From: Macrostomum lignano
Taxonomy: Eukaryota
DNA: 28,701 nucleotides
NCBI GenBank assembly: GCA_002269645.1
Contig: NIVC01005005.1
Location: forward strand, 1-28,701
Direction of reading: 5' to 3'
The number at the start of each line of letters is the position of its first letter. Positions within the stretch are counted from its first letter, which is position 1. Below, in pieces: positions 1 through 10,685 of the stretch. Position numbers and translations under genes: made by a program. The notes under the pieces are model-generated. The model did no database searches and had not been told where the DNA came from. It saw only the letters and a list, made by a program, of their open reading frames with translations.

Positions 1-1560
1 GCAGTCTAATCACTCAGTAAGCAGTCTAATCACTCATGAGCAGTCTAATCACTCAGTAAGCAGTCTAATCACTCAAGTGAGCAGTCTAATATCACTCAGT
101 GAGCAGTCTAATCACTCAGTAAGCAGTCTAATATCACTCAGTGAGCAGTCTAATATCACTCAGTGAGCAGTCTAATATCACTCAGTGAGCAGTCTAATAT
201 CACTCAGTGAGCAGTCTATATATCAATCAGCGAGCAGTCTAATATCACTCAGTGAGCAGTCTAATATCACTCAGTGAGCAGTCTAATCACTCAGTGAGCA
301 GTCTAATATCACTCAGTGAGAAGTCTAATGTCACTCATTATGAGCAGCTAATATCACTCAGTGAGCAGTCTAATATCACTCAGTGAGGCAGTCTAATATC
401 ACTCAGTGAGCAGTCTAATCACTCAGTAAGGCAGTCTAATATCACTCAGTGAGCAGTCTAATATCACTCAGTGAGCAGTCTAATATCACTCAGTGAGCAG
501 TCTAATATCAATCAGCGAGCAGTCTAATATCACTCAGTGAGCAGTCTAATATCACTCAGTGAGCAGTCTAATCACTCAGTGAGCAGTCTAATATCACTCA
601 GTGAGCAGTCTAATGTCACTCAATGAGCAGTCTAATATCACTCAGTGAGCAGTCTAATATCATTCAGTGAGCAGTCTAATATCACTCAATGAGCAGTCTA
701 ATCACTAAGTGAGCAGTCTAATCGCTCAGTGAGCAGTCTAATCACTCAGTGAGCAGTCTAATCACTCAGTGAGCAGTCTAATATCACTCAGTGAGCAGTC
801 TAATCACTCAGTGAGCAGTCTAATATCACTCAATGAGCAGTCTAATCACTAAGTGAGCAGTCTAATCACTCAGTGAGCAGTCTAATCACTCAGTGAGCAG
901 TCTAATCACTCAGTGAGCAGTCTAATCACTCAATGAGCAGTCTAATCACTAAGTGAGCAGTCTAATCACTCAGTGAGCAGTCTAATCACGCAGAGAGCAG
1001 TCTAATCACTTACTGAGCAGTCTAATCACTCAGGGAGCAGTCTAATCACTCAATGAGCAGTCTAATCACTCAGTGAGCAGTCTAATCACTCAGTGAGCAG
1101 TCTAATCACTCAGTGAGCAGTCTAATCACTAAGTGAGCAGTCTAATCACTCAGTGAGCAGTCTAATCACTAAGTGAGCAGTCTAATCACTCAGTGAGCAG
1201 TCTAATCACGCAGAGAGCAGTCTAATCACTCAGTGAGCAGTCTAATATCACTCAGTGAGCAGTCTAATCACTCAATGAGCAGTCTTATCACTCAGTAAGC
1301 AGTCTAATCACTCAATGAGCAGTCTAATCACTCAGTGAGCAGTCTAATCACTAATTGAGCAGTCTAATCACTCAGTGAGCAGTCTAATCACTAAGTGAGC
1401 AGTCTAATCACTAAGTGAGCAGTCTAATCATCAGTGAGCAGTCTAATCACGCAGAGAGCAGTCTAATCACTAAGTGAGCATTCTAATCACTCAGTGAGCA
1501 GTCTAATTACTCAGTGAGCAGTTTAAATACTCAGTGAGCAGTCTAATTACTCAGTGAGCA
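1..1560. repeat. Minisatellite array, unit GAGCAGTCTAAT(AT)CACTCAGT (20/22 bp), about 75 copies, truncated by the window start
   Basis: Directly visible head-to-tail repeats. The 22-bp variant dominates roughly the first 800 bp and the 20-bp variant thereafter; the array decays after about 1500. Confidence 0.98.
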
Positions 1561-2311
1561 CTCCCATTACACAGTAATTACCCAGTGAGAAATAAAGACC
1601 ATTTCAAAGCATAGAAGTTGGCTAAACAAGACATAGAACTAACTGAAAACTCTGTTATTTAAAAATAAAGAGACAAAAACTAGCAATAAAATACCAGTGG
1701 AAATTTTACTTGCGAAATTTGACAAATTCAATATGAATTAAATTTGTAGATAAACGTACATCAAAGTACACCTATGGAATGGAAAAGTGCAGTCACTGAG
1801 TACTGTTAAAAGCAAAAGTTAAATTCAAATTATTGTTGGTTCATATCAATAAAGCTACAATAGCTTGCAATTAATAAATAAAATTTACAATTCTATTTTG
1901 TAAAGAAAAAATTTTGTTAAAAACGCTAGCCAATACAGAATGATTTCCCAACAGTGTGCCAAAAACTAACAGGAATGGATATCGAGTTCATTTTTTAACA
2001 ATAAAGAAACTAACTAGCCAGTAGTTGAATGAGTACCATTAAAATTGAAATTATGATAAATAAGACATTCAAAAAGACTGGCACAGAGCGCACAGCCTTA
2101 GGTAACGCGCGCACAGCACAGCCTATTTGATCTAACAAAAATAATTTTTATAAAAATTCAAAACTAATATCTAAATATAGATAGACAAACACAAGTTAGG
2201 AAATTGCATAATAAAAAGTGACCCAGACTCAACAATGATCCTACTTTAGTAATAGTCTAATAGAAAAACACACGAGCTCAAGTCACAGGGTGTTATACTA
2301 ATAAGTGCTTC

Positions 2312-3912
2312 TCAGTCTTCGTCTGACGAATGCTCCGATTCGAACTCCGGACTTCCATAGGACTCAGCAGCCGCCTCTTCGTCTTCATCATAGTAATAAT
2401 CCCCAACAGCCTCTCTAGTGTAAGATTCCCCAGCCGGTTCCTCCTGCGAATATCGTCGCCTGGCCATGGCGGCCGCGGCCTCGGCGCCGCCAACCCCGGT
2501 CTCGCTGGCGACCAGGTGGCCGACAATGGCGTCGCTAGCCGTCAGCAGCTCTCCGGCCGCGTCGGTCAGCATCTCGTCTAGCAGCTGCTCGGCGATGGCG
2601 TCAGTCAGCTGGGTTGGTCGGAAAGCGGCGCCTCCGGACGACGGATCAGCGGCGGCGGCGGTGGTCAGGAAGTCCCGATAACGATCACGCTGCGACCGGA
2701 TGCTCTGGACCTCCGCCGGGGTCAGCTGCAGCACCGCTGGCTGCCTGCTGCCGCCGAGTCCGCTGCTTTCGCCAAGTTCAGCGGCCGCAGCCGGCCGTCT
2801 GGAGCCGCCGGTTTTAACAAATCGCAGCGGATCTGGCGGCCCTGCCTGCCAGCGGCCGTCAACAGAGCATATCGGCTCGTCGCCGGCGGCCAGAGCGGCG
2901 GCCCAGCGATCGCGAATGTCGTCACCTTCGGTCTCCAGCTGGCTGAGCGATGGTCGATGTTGCACAGCTCTGCTAAGCTTCCAGCGATGCTACCGCGGAT
3001 CAGCGAGCCGGCCGAAGCCGACAGAGCCGGCGTGGCCGACGGGACGAAGCCGCCGCCGGCACGGCCGCCGCCGCCTCCTCTCAAGCCGAGCTCGCGCTTG
3101 ACCGCGGCCAGCACCTCGGCAACGATGCGGGACCGCTCCGAGTCGGAGCTGGCGGCGGCGGCGGCCACTTGGCCACTTGAAGTCGCCGGCTGGTCCGCGA
3201 CAACGGCGGCCGTACGCGCTGGAGCTGGAGCGGATGGCACAGCAGTAGTCGGTGGGCGATAACGCGACGATGGCTGGCGTTGCTGCTGTTGTTGTTGCGA
3301 CACAGCAGACGGAGCGACTCGGGCACTCCTGGGTCTTGTAGGAAACGGCAAGGCTCCTGGACGGCGCTTGGCGGCGCCACCAGTGGAGCCGCGTCCAAGC
3401 AGACGTTCGGCCTCCAGCTCGGCCATCCTAGTCGCATACTGTTGAACTTCCTCGCGTAGGCGGCGCAGCTCCAACGCTTCGTGGCGCTTCATTGAGGCGG
3501 CGTTCTCGCGCGGATGCCTTGAAGAGGCGGCGCCGGCGCCAGTGGGATTGGGGCGCCAGGCGCGATCAGTGTCGCGAACTGGAGGCGAATGACTTCTCGA
3601 TGGCAGCTGCTGTCTTTGCTGCCGCTGCTGCTGTTGCTGCTCGGCCGTTTTCCTAGAAACCACCGCCCGGCTCTGGCGCAGCCGCCGTTCAACATTTTTC
3701 GGGCCCGGCGGCAGGCCGGCGTCCAGCCTCTCGCGGCTGTGCTGCAGCTCTCGCCTGGCCAGCCGGCCCATCAGCTCCATTCGGCGCGGATCGATTCGTT
3801 TCTCAATGAGCAGCGGCTGCGGATTGGCCGGCAGCCGGGTGACCAGGTTGCTGGGGGACGCCCGATGGTCCAGGTTGAACTGCAGCTGGTTGACCGCCTG
3901 GCTTAAATCCAT
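2312..3912 (-). CDS. KIAA0753: KIAA0753/moonraker (OFIP/MNR)-like centriolar protein, interrupted by one apparent frameshift near 2947
   Basis: The N-terminus of ORF 3912..2722 (NQLQFN...SNL..R...P..LIEK...RLARRE) matches the recalled vertebrate KIAA0753 N-terminal motif (NQLQFN...SNLAIR...IRIEKL...HLARRD). ORF 2965..2312 (FRPTQLTDAIAEQLLDEMLTDAAGEL...IVGHLVASE) matches the recalled C-terminal motif ([26 protein letters not shown]...AEAVFTSE). Adding one base gives a continuous 533-aa frame. Confidence 0.8.
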
Positions 3913-5661
3913 GATGCTGGCGGCTGGAATTGTGAGTCATTACAATATAGTTAGAATATATTTATAAAATTTTCAGAAGGGCTGTGGGCACCCTGGTGCA
4001 ACACTGAGACAATTCTGCACATTCCACTGACTCCTGAGCACATACAAGCCCACGAATGCTGTACGCAGGCACGCACTCACACACACGCTCATTCAGGGTG
4101 TACAGCGGCCCTGGCATGTACACCTTGTTTTTTACTCGTATTTTAATTGTAAATCATGGCTGGCTGACATTTAGCGCCTACAACTAAAGTACCTCCTGCC
4201 GAGTTGCATCCATTGTATTGCCTAAGATGCACATCTTGACTAATGGCTGGCAGGCACTCAATGCATTTCCCATATCCCAACCATGTGTTTATCAATCACC
4301 ATCTGTATTTTATTGATCCAAACAACCCAATCATGCATGCAAACACAATTGAAGGTGCCTAGGTATATGTGAAGGCAAAGTTCTGCAGCCAGCATGGCAC
4401 TAGTGACAACCTCTTTGACTCCCATCTTAATGAGTTCCTCTAGCACCAACTCTACCTAGAGAAGTGCTTTGGCAACTCCCTATACTAAGTGACCTATTAC
4501 TATACTGTGCCTTTAAGACCTCCATAGCTTAGACTTGCACAGATCTTAAGTATGCCTTAGTAAACTCATTTTGGTTCATTTGTTTAAATTTGGTGTCAAA
4601 ATAATGTAATAGAAGAAACTAGGACATGGCCAAATAGTATATTGGTTGTAAGGCTATCATTTTATGCTAAATGTTAATAAATAAATTGCACTTATTTTTC
4701 ATAATTATACTTTGTTTAATGCAATTTGTTTACAAACAAAAATTTCCCCTATTGTTAATTCTCAATTGTCAATTCTATTGCACTCAATATGATTAGGAAT
4801 ATGGCATCAATGATACGTTTATCTATAATTATTTTAATATCTTTTTATTAAAAGGTATTTTGTAAATTTTTTATTTTGTTAATTCTATTCTGAATTTTTA
4901 AGTTCCAACTATTTCAATATTTTACCATAGACAGTGATTATTCCCATAGCCCCATGCCAAAAATGACAATATTATCTATATAAAATCATGCCAACAATAC
5001 TCTGCTTATTTGTATAGGCCTAGGCCTACTGTATTGCAGCTTAATTATAATAGGCCTACTTAATATTACCTTGGCCAAGGTGAAATTCATCCTAAAAATA
5101 ATTTTGTATAGAAAAAAAATTAAATGTATATATATGCAAAACTTTATTAATTTTTTCTTTAGCCCTAAGAGAGTTTAATAAATTAATATTAGTTTTAGTA
5201 TTTACTATTGCTATATTTAAATGGGTCATTCCACGAAAGAGACCTATTATGTTTTTGAACTTTAAGCACTTGTAACTTTTGAACCATAATTCAAAAGTCC
5301 TATTAGATAAAGCTGCAAAAAGCAATCTATGTCAAACTTCTAGTTCTATATTTTTCACATGGCTACTTATGAAGTCTAAAACAATTGAAAAAATAGCAGA
5401 GCATAAACTATGTTGATTGTTGATGGCTATTTGGTAACAAAAAAGGAGTCATGCATACCAACTCAACTGTGCATACCTAACTTTTGGTATACTAGGCAAA
5501 TGCATACCCAAATTTTTGGGTGTATTGTATACTACATGATCTAGAGTATAGCATAGATAATATTTTCATTATTAGCACGAGACCATGGGAATAAGCACTG
5601 CCTTCACTATATACTTTTAGTAGACATTGACTTGTCCTGACCTGAATTAAGTATGCTAAAA

Positions 5662-5702
5662 AAGAATAGTTATACCATAATGGCTATGGTATAACTATTC
5701 TT
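5662..5702. other. Perfect 18-bp inverted repeat with 5-nt loop, followed by a (TTATTC/TTC)n tract to about 5735
   Basis: AAGAATAGTTATACCATA (5662-5679), loop ATGGC, TATGGTATAACTATTCTT (5685-5702); the arms are exact reverse complements. Confidence 0.95.
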
Positions 5703-7336
5703 ATTCTTCTATTCTTATTCTTATTCTTCTTATTATATGGTATGGACCTATGGTTATACCATAAGAAATTAAATAAGTCATAAAATATAATAAAATGATC
5801 CTAAGCCTAAAGTTAAGCGCTTGACTAAAAATAGTAATACTATTAACCTTAACTAGCGTGGCGAGTTAAGAAAGCCCAAAATTCCTAATGAATTCAGAAT
5901 TGAAACAATGAAGCATGCATGTCAAATGGCTGGCTTGAACATCATTGACAATTTGTGCAGGCTAAGACTAGCAGCATAGTTTTTTAAATGGTCATAGACA
6001 AGGATGAAATAATTTAAGCAAATTTGTGCTTTTAGCTATTCTTTTTATAAGCCGTATGAATTTTGCTTTTTCCCTCGGTTTGGGTTTAGTCGTTAAGTTT
6101 ATATATTGGAAAATGTGTTTTTTGTGGAGGTAATTCATTTCTTAGAAAATCTGTTCAATTTACATTTCAAATTATCTGCATGTTTTACAGAAAACCAAAA
6201 GCTAAATACTTGCCTTTTTGTTATTGATAACAGAAAATAAAAGCGTTTATTTTTTAGTCTGTAACTTGATTTTAGTAGTTTGATTGATCTTTTGTCCCTA
6301 CGCTTAAAAAATTATTTGTTTCTCATTACGAGTAAACCTGCATACTTGTAGAACGAATTTGTCAAATGGAGATTCTTCCGCGACTAAGAAAGCATAAGTC
6401 ACACCAAATGCATTATCGAGTAAAGTACTCGGAGATAGATTATTCTGTTAGGAAAATTGATCATGTATAAGTGTAATACTTTTGGAAATGTGAATCGTGG
6501 CACAATACAGCACATCGATCATATAATTATGCATGTACATGTAATAAGTTCTAAGCTGTTAGCGTGCTTTCTGAAAAACCTACCCACTCGGGCAAATAAA
6601 TTTTGCGAAGCGTCTCTATTTAACTTTAAGATTTCGAAAACCAATTTTTGCTCTAGATGTACGAGCAATATGCTAGGATCGAACTACATGCAGCTGTGTG
6701 GGCGTAGACGCATTTGTGCCATACAGCATATCCACTGTAACAGCATGTGTACACCCTCTTCATTCAAAAAAGGTAATCTCTATATATATGCACTGCAACT
6801 GGTGAAAACTCGTAAACTACCCCATACAGAGGTAGATCACTAAAACAAAGTCAGCGGGCACATTTGAACAATATTTGACTTTTTCGGCACCGTTTTGTGC
6901 TATGCGAAAACCAAAAAATCAAAAACCAAAAAACCAAAACTCACTCCATCAAACACCCAAACAGGCCGGGCCGGACAGCACAAAATAGGAGACAATTTCT
7001 TAAAAATCCTTTAAAATCATTTGCACTCAAACAGTAAATAAATGAGAATGCGACGGATTTTGTCGGATATTCATTTTTAGATCGGAGAATATATAGTGCT
7101 GCTAGCTGTTTATTCATATTTATTAAAAGACGGCTTATGTTTTTCCCATCCAGTCTAAACTTTGATTTTCTGATTAAATCGACTCTGACTATCAAATATC
7201 TATGGTAGTTAGTTAGATCGATCTTAGCGTACACTTAACTTTTAGAACACTTTTTGTATCGAAGAATCCGCGAAATTTTTAATTAGCAGAAGCATCTTAA
7301 AAAGCAATTACAATTACCATTCTGCAATTATAGAGC

Positions 7337-9572
7337 ATGGATGGCCTGGATGAACAGGATTTGAAGCGAGCGGAGCTTGATTACTGCCTAAAAAATAGTC
7401 TGAACTTCGTAGACACACAGGCGCTTGCCGAAGCCAGGAAAGGTAACGGCGACGTCAGCGAAGCGGATAATGAAGAGGAAACACCGGATGAGTGGCTCGT
7501 GGACGTTCGCTATACAAGCCGGCTGCTCAAGAAGGCAAACGAAATGCGCATTAAAAAGCGCCTCTGCGACCTCACCATTGGCTTGAAAGACGGCAAGCTG
7601 GAGGCGCACAAAAGCATGCTGGCCGCCGGTTCACCTTTCTTCAAGCATTTGACGGAAACGACTCGCGCTTCTACGTTAAATTTCTTCCACGTGACCTGCA
7701 GCGTGGCGGACATCCTGTTCGACTTTATGTACACCGGTGAGGTCAGCATAGAGAAGGCGGAGAAGCTGGGCCGCTCGGAGCGACAAATGCTACGCGAGAA
7801 AGCCGAGCTGTTCGAAGTTGACCAGCAGCTTCAAGCGCTGTGGGATCGGCTTGGAGTCGCTACTAAGAATTCCGGCAAGCAGAGCCAGCAGGCAGAACGC
7901 CAAGAGGTGCCATTGGAGGATGCCAGTGAAATAGTAAAACGCAAGGTGAGTTAGCAAGTGCTACTCGTATTCTTCTAGCACGAAACAAGGCTTGGAGCTG
8001 CTCCGGTAAAGTACAAAGTATTGTACATACTCTGCCACTTCCCCGCAGGTTCTCTACATGAACGATCGTCGAAAACAGGGCGACTTCGCGGACTGGAAGA
8101 TCCGCATCAGCGCCGTAGACATTCCTGTCAGCAAGGTTTTCCTGGCCGCTAGCAGCACCTATTTCGCCGACTTCTTTGCCAGAAATCCCATGGAGGCCAA
8201 GTCTGAAACTTACACTTTGACGGAGCTTAATCGTCGAACTTTTCGAAAGGTGCTCAACTTTATTTATACTGGTCACGTGATCACCACGGGACGAGACCTG
8301 GCCGAACTCAAGGACCTCCTGTTTCAGGCTAGCTACCTGGGCGTAGGCGATCTATCTAGCCGACTTGTGGAGGAGTTCGAGTCGCGTCTTACCACCGAGA
8401 ACTGCTTCGCAATGTTCTCTTATTCGAACAGCATAAACTGCCGTCAGTTATTTAAATCGGTCTCGCACTTCATTGGTCGCATAGGTGCCAAGTGGTCTCA
8501 CAACTCTGGCTTCCTGGGTCTTGAATTCAATGATCTGCGCGCTGCGCTGCTGAACCCGGATCTGCGATTCGATGGCGACGACTCTGACTCTGATGAGGAA
8601 TGCAGCTGCCTTCCCTGGCCAGTCGACTTTGAGTCGCGCACGCTTGACTTGCTCATTGCTTGGATCCGCGTTGATCGCGTCCGACGATCAAGTCACGTGA
8701 CTGAACTGTTCGACCTGGTTGACCGGCTGGGCAGGCTACCGTACACCGGCCGGAGAGAAGAGATGCACCAACGGCTGCCAGCAGAACTGAACAATGTGAT
8801 GTCTGCGTACTACTTGAAGCTAATAAAAGAACAGCAAGGAAAAACTTGCCCAACCAAGCAACCATCGCCGCAGACCAAACAGTCGCCCATCCGAGCTCGT
8901 CGCTACCTGTTTCCCACCCAGCTGCTCATGTCCCGGGAGTTTCACCTAGCGGGTCCTCAGCTGCCGGGCTCTGCCCTGCTTCCGACAAAATTACAGTCCT
9001 CTCCGGATGAGGAAGAGCTCAGAGGCTGCTGGCAACTGTCGCCAACTGAATGGCGCTTGCAGTCGATTGAAATTCAAGCGTCCGATCAAGAGCTGACTTG
9101 GCTATCTGGCCTCAAACTGATCTATCAGCGGTACCCAATGCTCGCTAAGTCTGAAGATCCCCCAACCGAACTGCGCACCTTCTGCTGCGGTTACCGCGGC
9201 TCGTTCCAGCACAGTATCGAACTGGACGAGACGGAGAGAGTGGTTCAGCTTGGCCTTGGCAGCGCGACTGCTGGCAGCAGCGGCCGCAGAAGTTATATCA
9301 GCTGGTTGAAGACCTGCAAGGGTCGACGACTTCAAGTACCAGTGGCGGCGGCAGCGTCAGAGACGACGAGTGTCAGCAACAGCAACCAGAGCGCCGACGA
9401 GAACCCAACTACAGTTGTCAAATCACCGAAGAAAAGTCACGGCTTCTTGCACGGCTTTGGATTGCGCTTCAGCGAGGCTGGAGGCGGCGCCATGACCATT
9501 GTCTGGGCAGTCGAAACCGACGTTGACGGGCTGGGCGACTCTCCTTGGAGCTCTGTGGTCGAGAATGAATGA
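7337..9572 (+). CDS. Two-exon tandem BTB/POZ-BTB-BACK protein with C-terminal jacalin-like module, 710 aa (exons 7337-7945, 8049-9572)
   Basis: BTB1: LLKKANEMR..LCDLTI...AHKSMLAAGSPFF...DFMYTGEV. BTB2: MNDRRKQGDFADWKI...KVFLAASSTYF...VLNFIYTGHV. BACK: LTTENCF...CRQLF...FLGLEFNDL...LLIAWIRVD. The two ORFs are joined by a canonical phase-0 intron. Confidence 0.9.
7946..8048 (+). other. 103-nt GT-AG intron (phase 0) of the BTB gene
   Basis: Donor AAG|GTGAGT at 7946 and acceptor cttccccgcag|GTT at 8048; splicing removes the stop at 7952-7954 and puts GTT CTC TAC ATG in frame. Confidence 0.88.
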
Positions 9573-9952
9573 GTAGGCACTCATAACCACAACACTAGCT
9601 GTAGATCTACTAATTCTGGATTAGGACTGCTACAAAAGGTGAAGCAACGTCCAACTAATCGTAGAAATTGTACTAAGCTAAAAGCACTCCTCGTCCAAAT
9701 AATTTATAATATTTTTATAATTTTGTTTTTTTCAGCAAAACAATCCCATCGCTTTCTACTAACAGTAGCTAATATGTCTCGTAGAAATGAATATATGCTA
9801 CGCTCGTAGGCACAAAAATCTTTAAACTCTTGAACCACATCCAAAGCAGGCGTCGAAACAGTGAGCAACTTTTAAAAATAGAACACTGTGCTACCCTACT
9901 TGAGGGTCTTTGTTTTTTGCAATTATATTTTACTTCTGTCCTCGATCTAGTT

Positions 9953-10274
9953 CAGGGGTCGGCAAATGCGTTTCGCGAGTCACATGCGGCCCGCAAAGAC
10001 TCTCTATCCGGTCATCGGGTCCTTCGAAACTTCACAATAGCAATCTAGCCCGCTTAAGGTTTGTGTCTCTTCTCAGCTCACTTTCTCTTCTCTCCTCTCT
10101 CCTTTCTCTCCTCTCTCCTTTCTCTCCTCTCTCCTTTCTCTCCTCTCTCCCTTCTCCTCCTCCTCCCCTCATCTCTCATTTTCTATTCCCTCCTCCTTTT
10201 CTCTCTCATCTGGCCCGCAGCCATGAGCTTGATTCTTAATCTGGCCCTTGAGGTAAAAAAGTTGTCGACCCCTG
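9953..10274 (+). mobile_element. Non-autonomous hAT (Charlie/Buster-like) MITE with internal CT-rich tract
   Basis: TIRs CAGGGGTCGGCAAA and the reverse complement of GTTGTCGACCCCTG (12/14 match). 8-bp flanks ATCTAGTT (9945-9952) and CTCTAGTT (10275-10282) match 7/8 and resemble the Charlie NTCTAGAN target. Confidence 0.88.
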
Positions 10275-10685
10275 CTCTAGTTCCACCGGTGGTAAGCCCT
10301 CCGCAAATGAAGGTAACAATTATTAACACGGCAGAGATTCTGGGTGTACGCTTGAATGGCTCGCTATGTAGTAATATATCGAAAATTGGTATTTTAATTC
10401 CGTCTGCAGCTTTCACTGGTTAGAATGCTAAATAGCCCGTGTGGGTGGGCTCACCAGCTCATCATCCAGGCACTGAAGTATCAACTCGTGCAGTCAGGCA
10501 AACCGGAGTCTGGAATTCATGGAATTTAGGTTTTGAGACGAGAACTTTCGGGAGAAAAAATACCATCCATAAAAGATTCAGGGATCCTTATCTGCCTGCA
10601 GAAAAAAAATACATTAAAAGTACATTGAAAGCAAAGACATGCTGGGCTAATTGGAGCACAGAAAAAGCCCCTATATAGCAACTAA

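Noticed and set aside
1-1560. Regular short repeats with an internal palindrome resembling a CRISPR array
   Set aside because: Units are contiguous with no unique spacers, there are no cas genes, and the context is eukaryotic. The same applies to the arrays at 22.3 and 24.8 kb.
2940-2995. Programmed -1 ribosomal frameshift in the KIAA0753-like gene
   Set aside because: No slippery heptamer in the overlap window; a single-base indel is more parsimonious. The only in-phase GT-AG found nearby would be a 26-nt intron, which is implausibly short.
2330-3906. Plus-strand and alternate-frame ORFs overlapping the KIAA0753-like gene
   Set aside because: Antisense or frame shadows of GC-rich coding sequence with no recognisable motifs.
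6457-7234. ORFs 6457..6843 (+) and 6941..7234 (-)
   Set aside because: AT-rich, with no domain motif or convincing splice context; likely chance ORFs in upstream or repeat-derived DNA.
9830-10423. Leu/Ser-rich ORFs resembling transmembrane peptides (also 16297..16548)
   Set aside because: They are translations of the CT-rich tract inside the hAT MITE copies.
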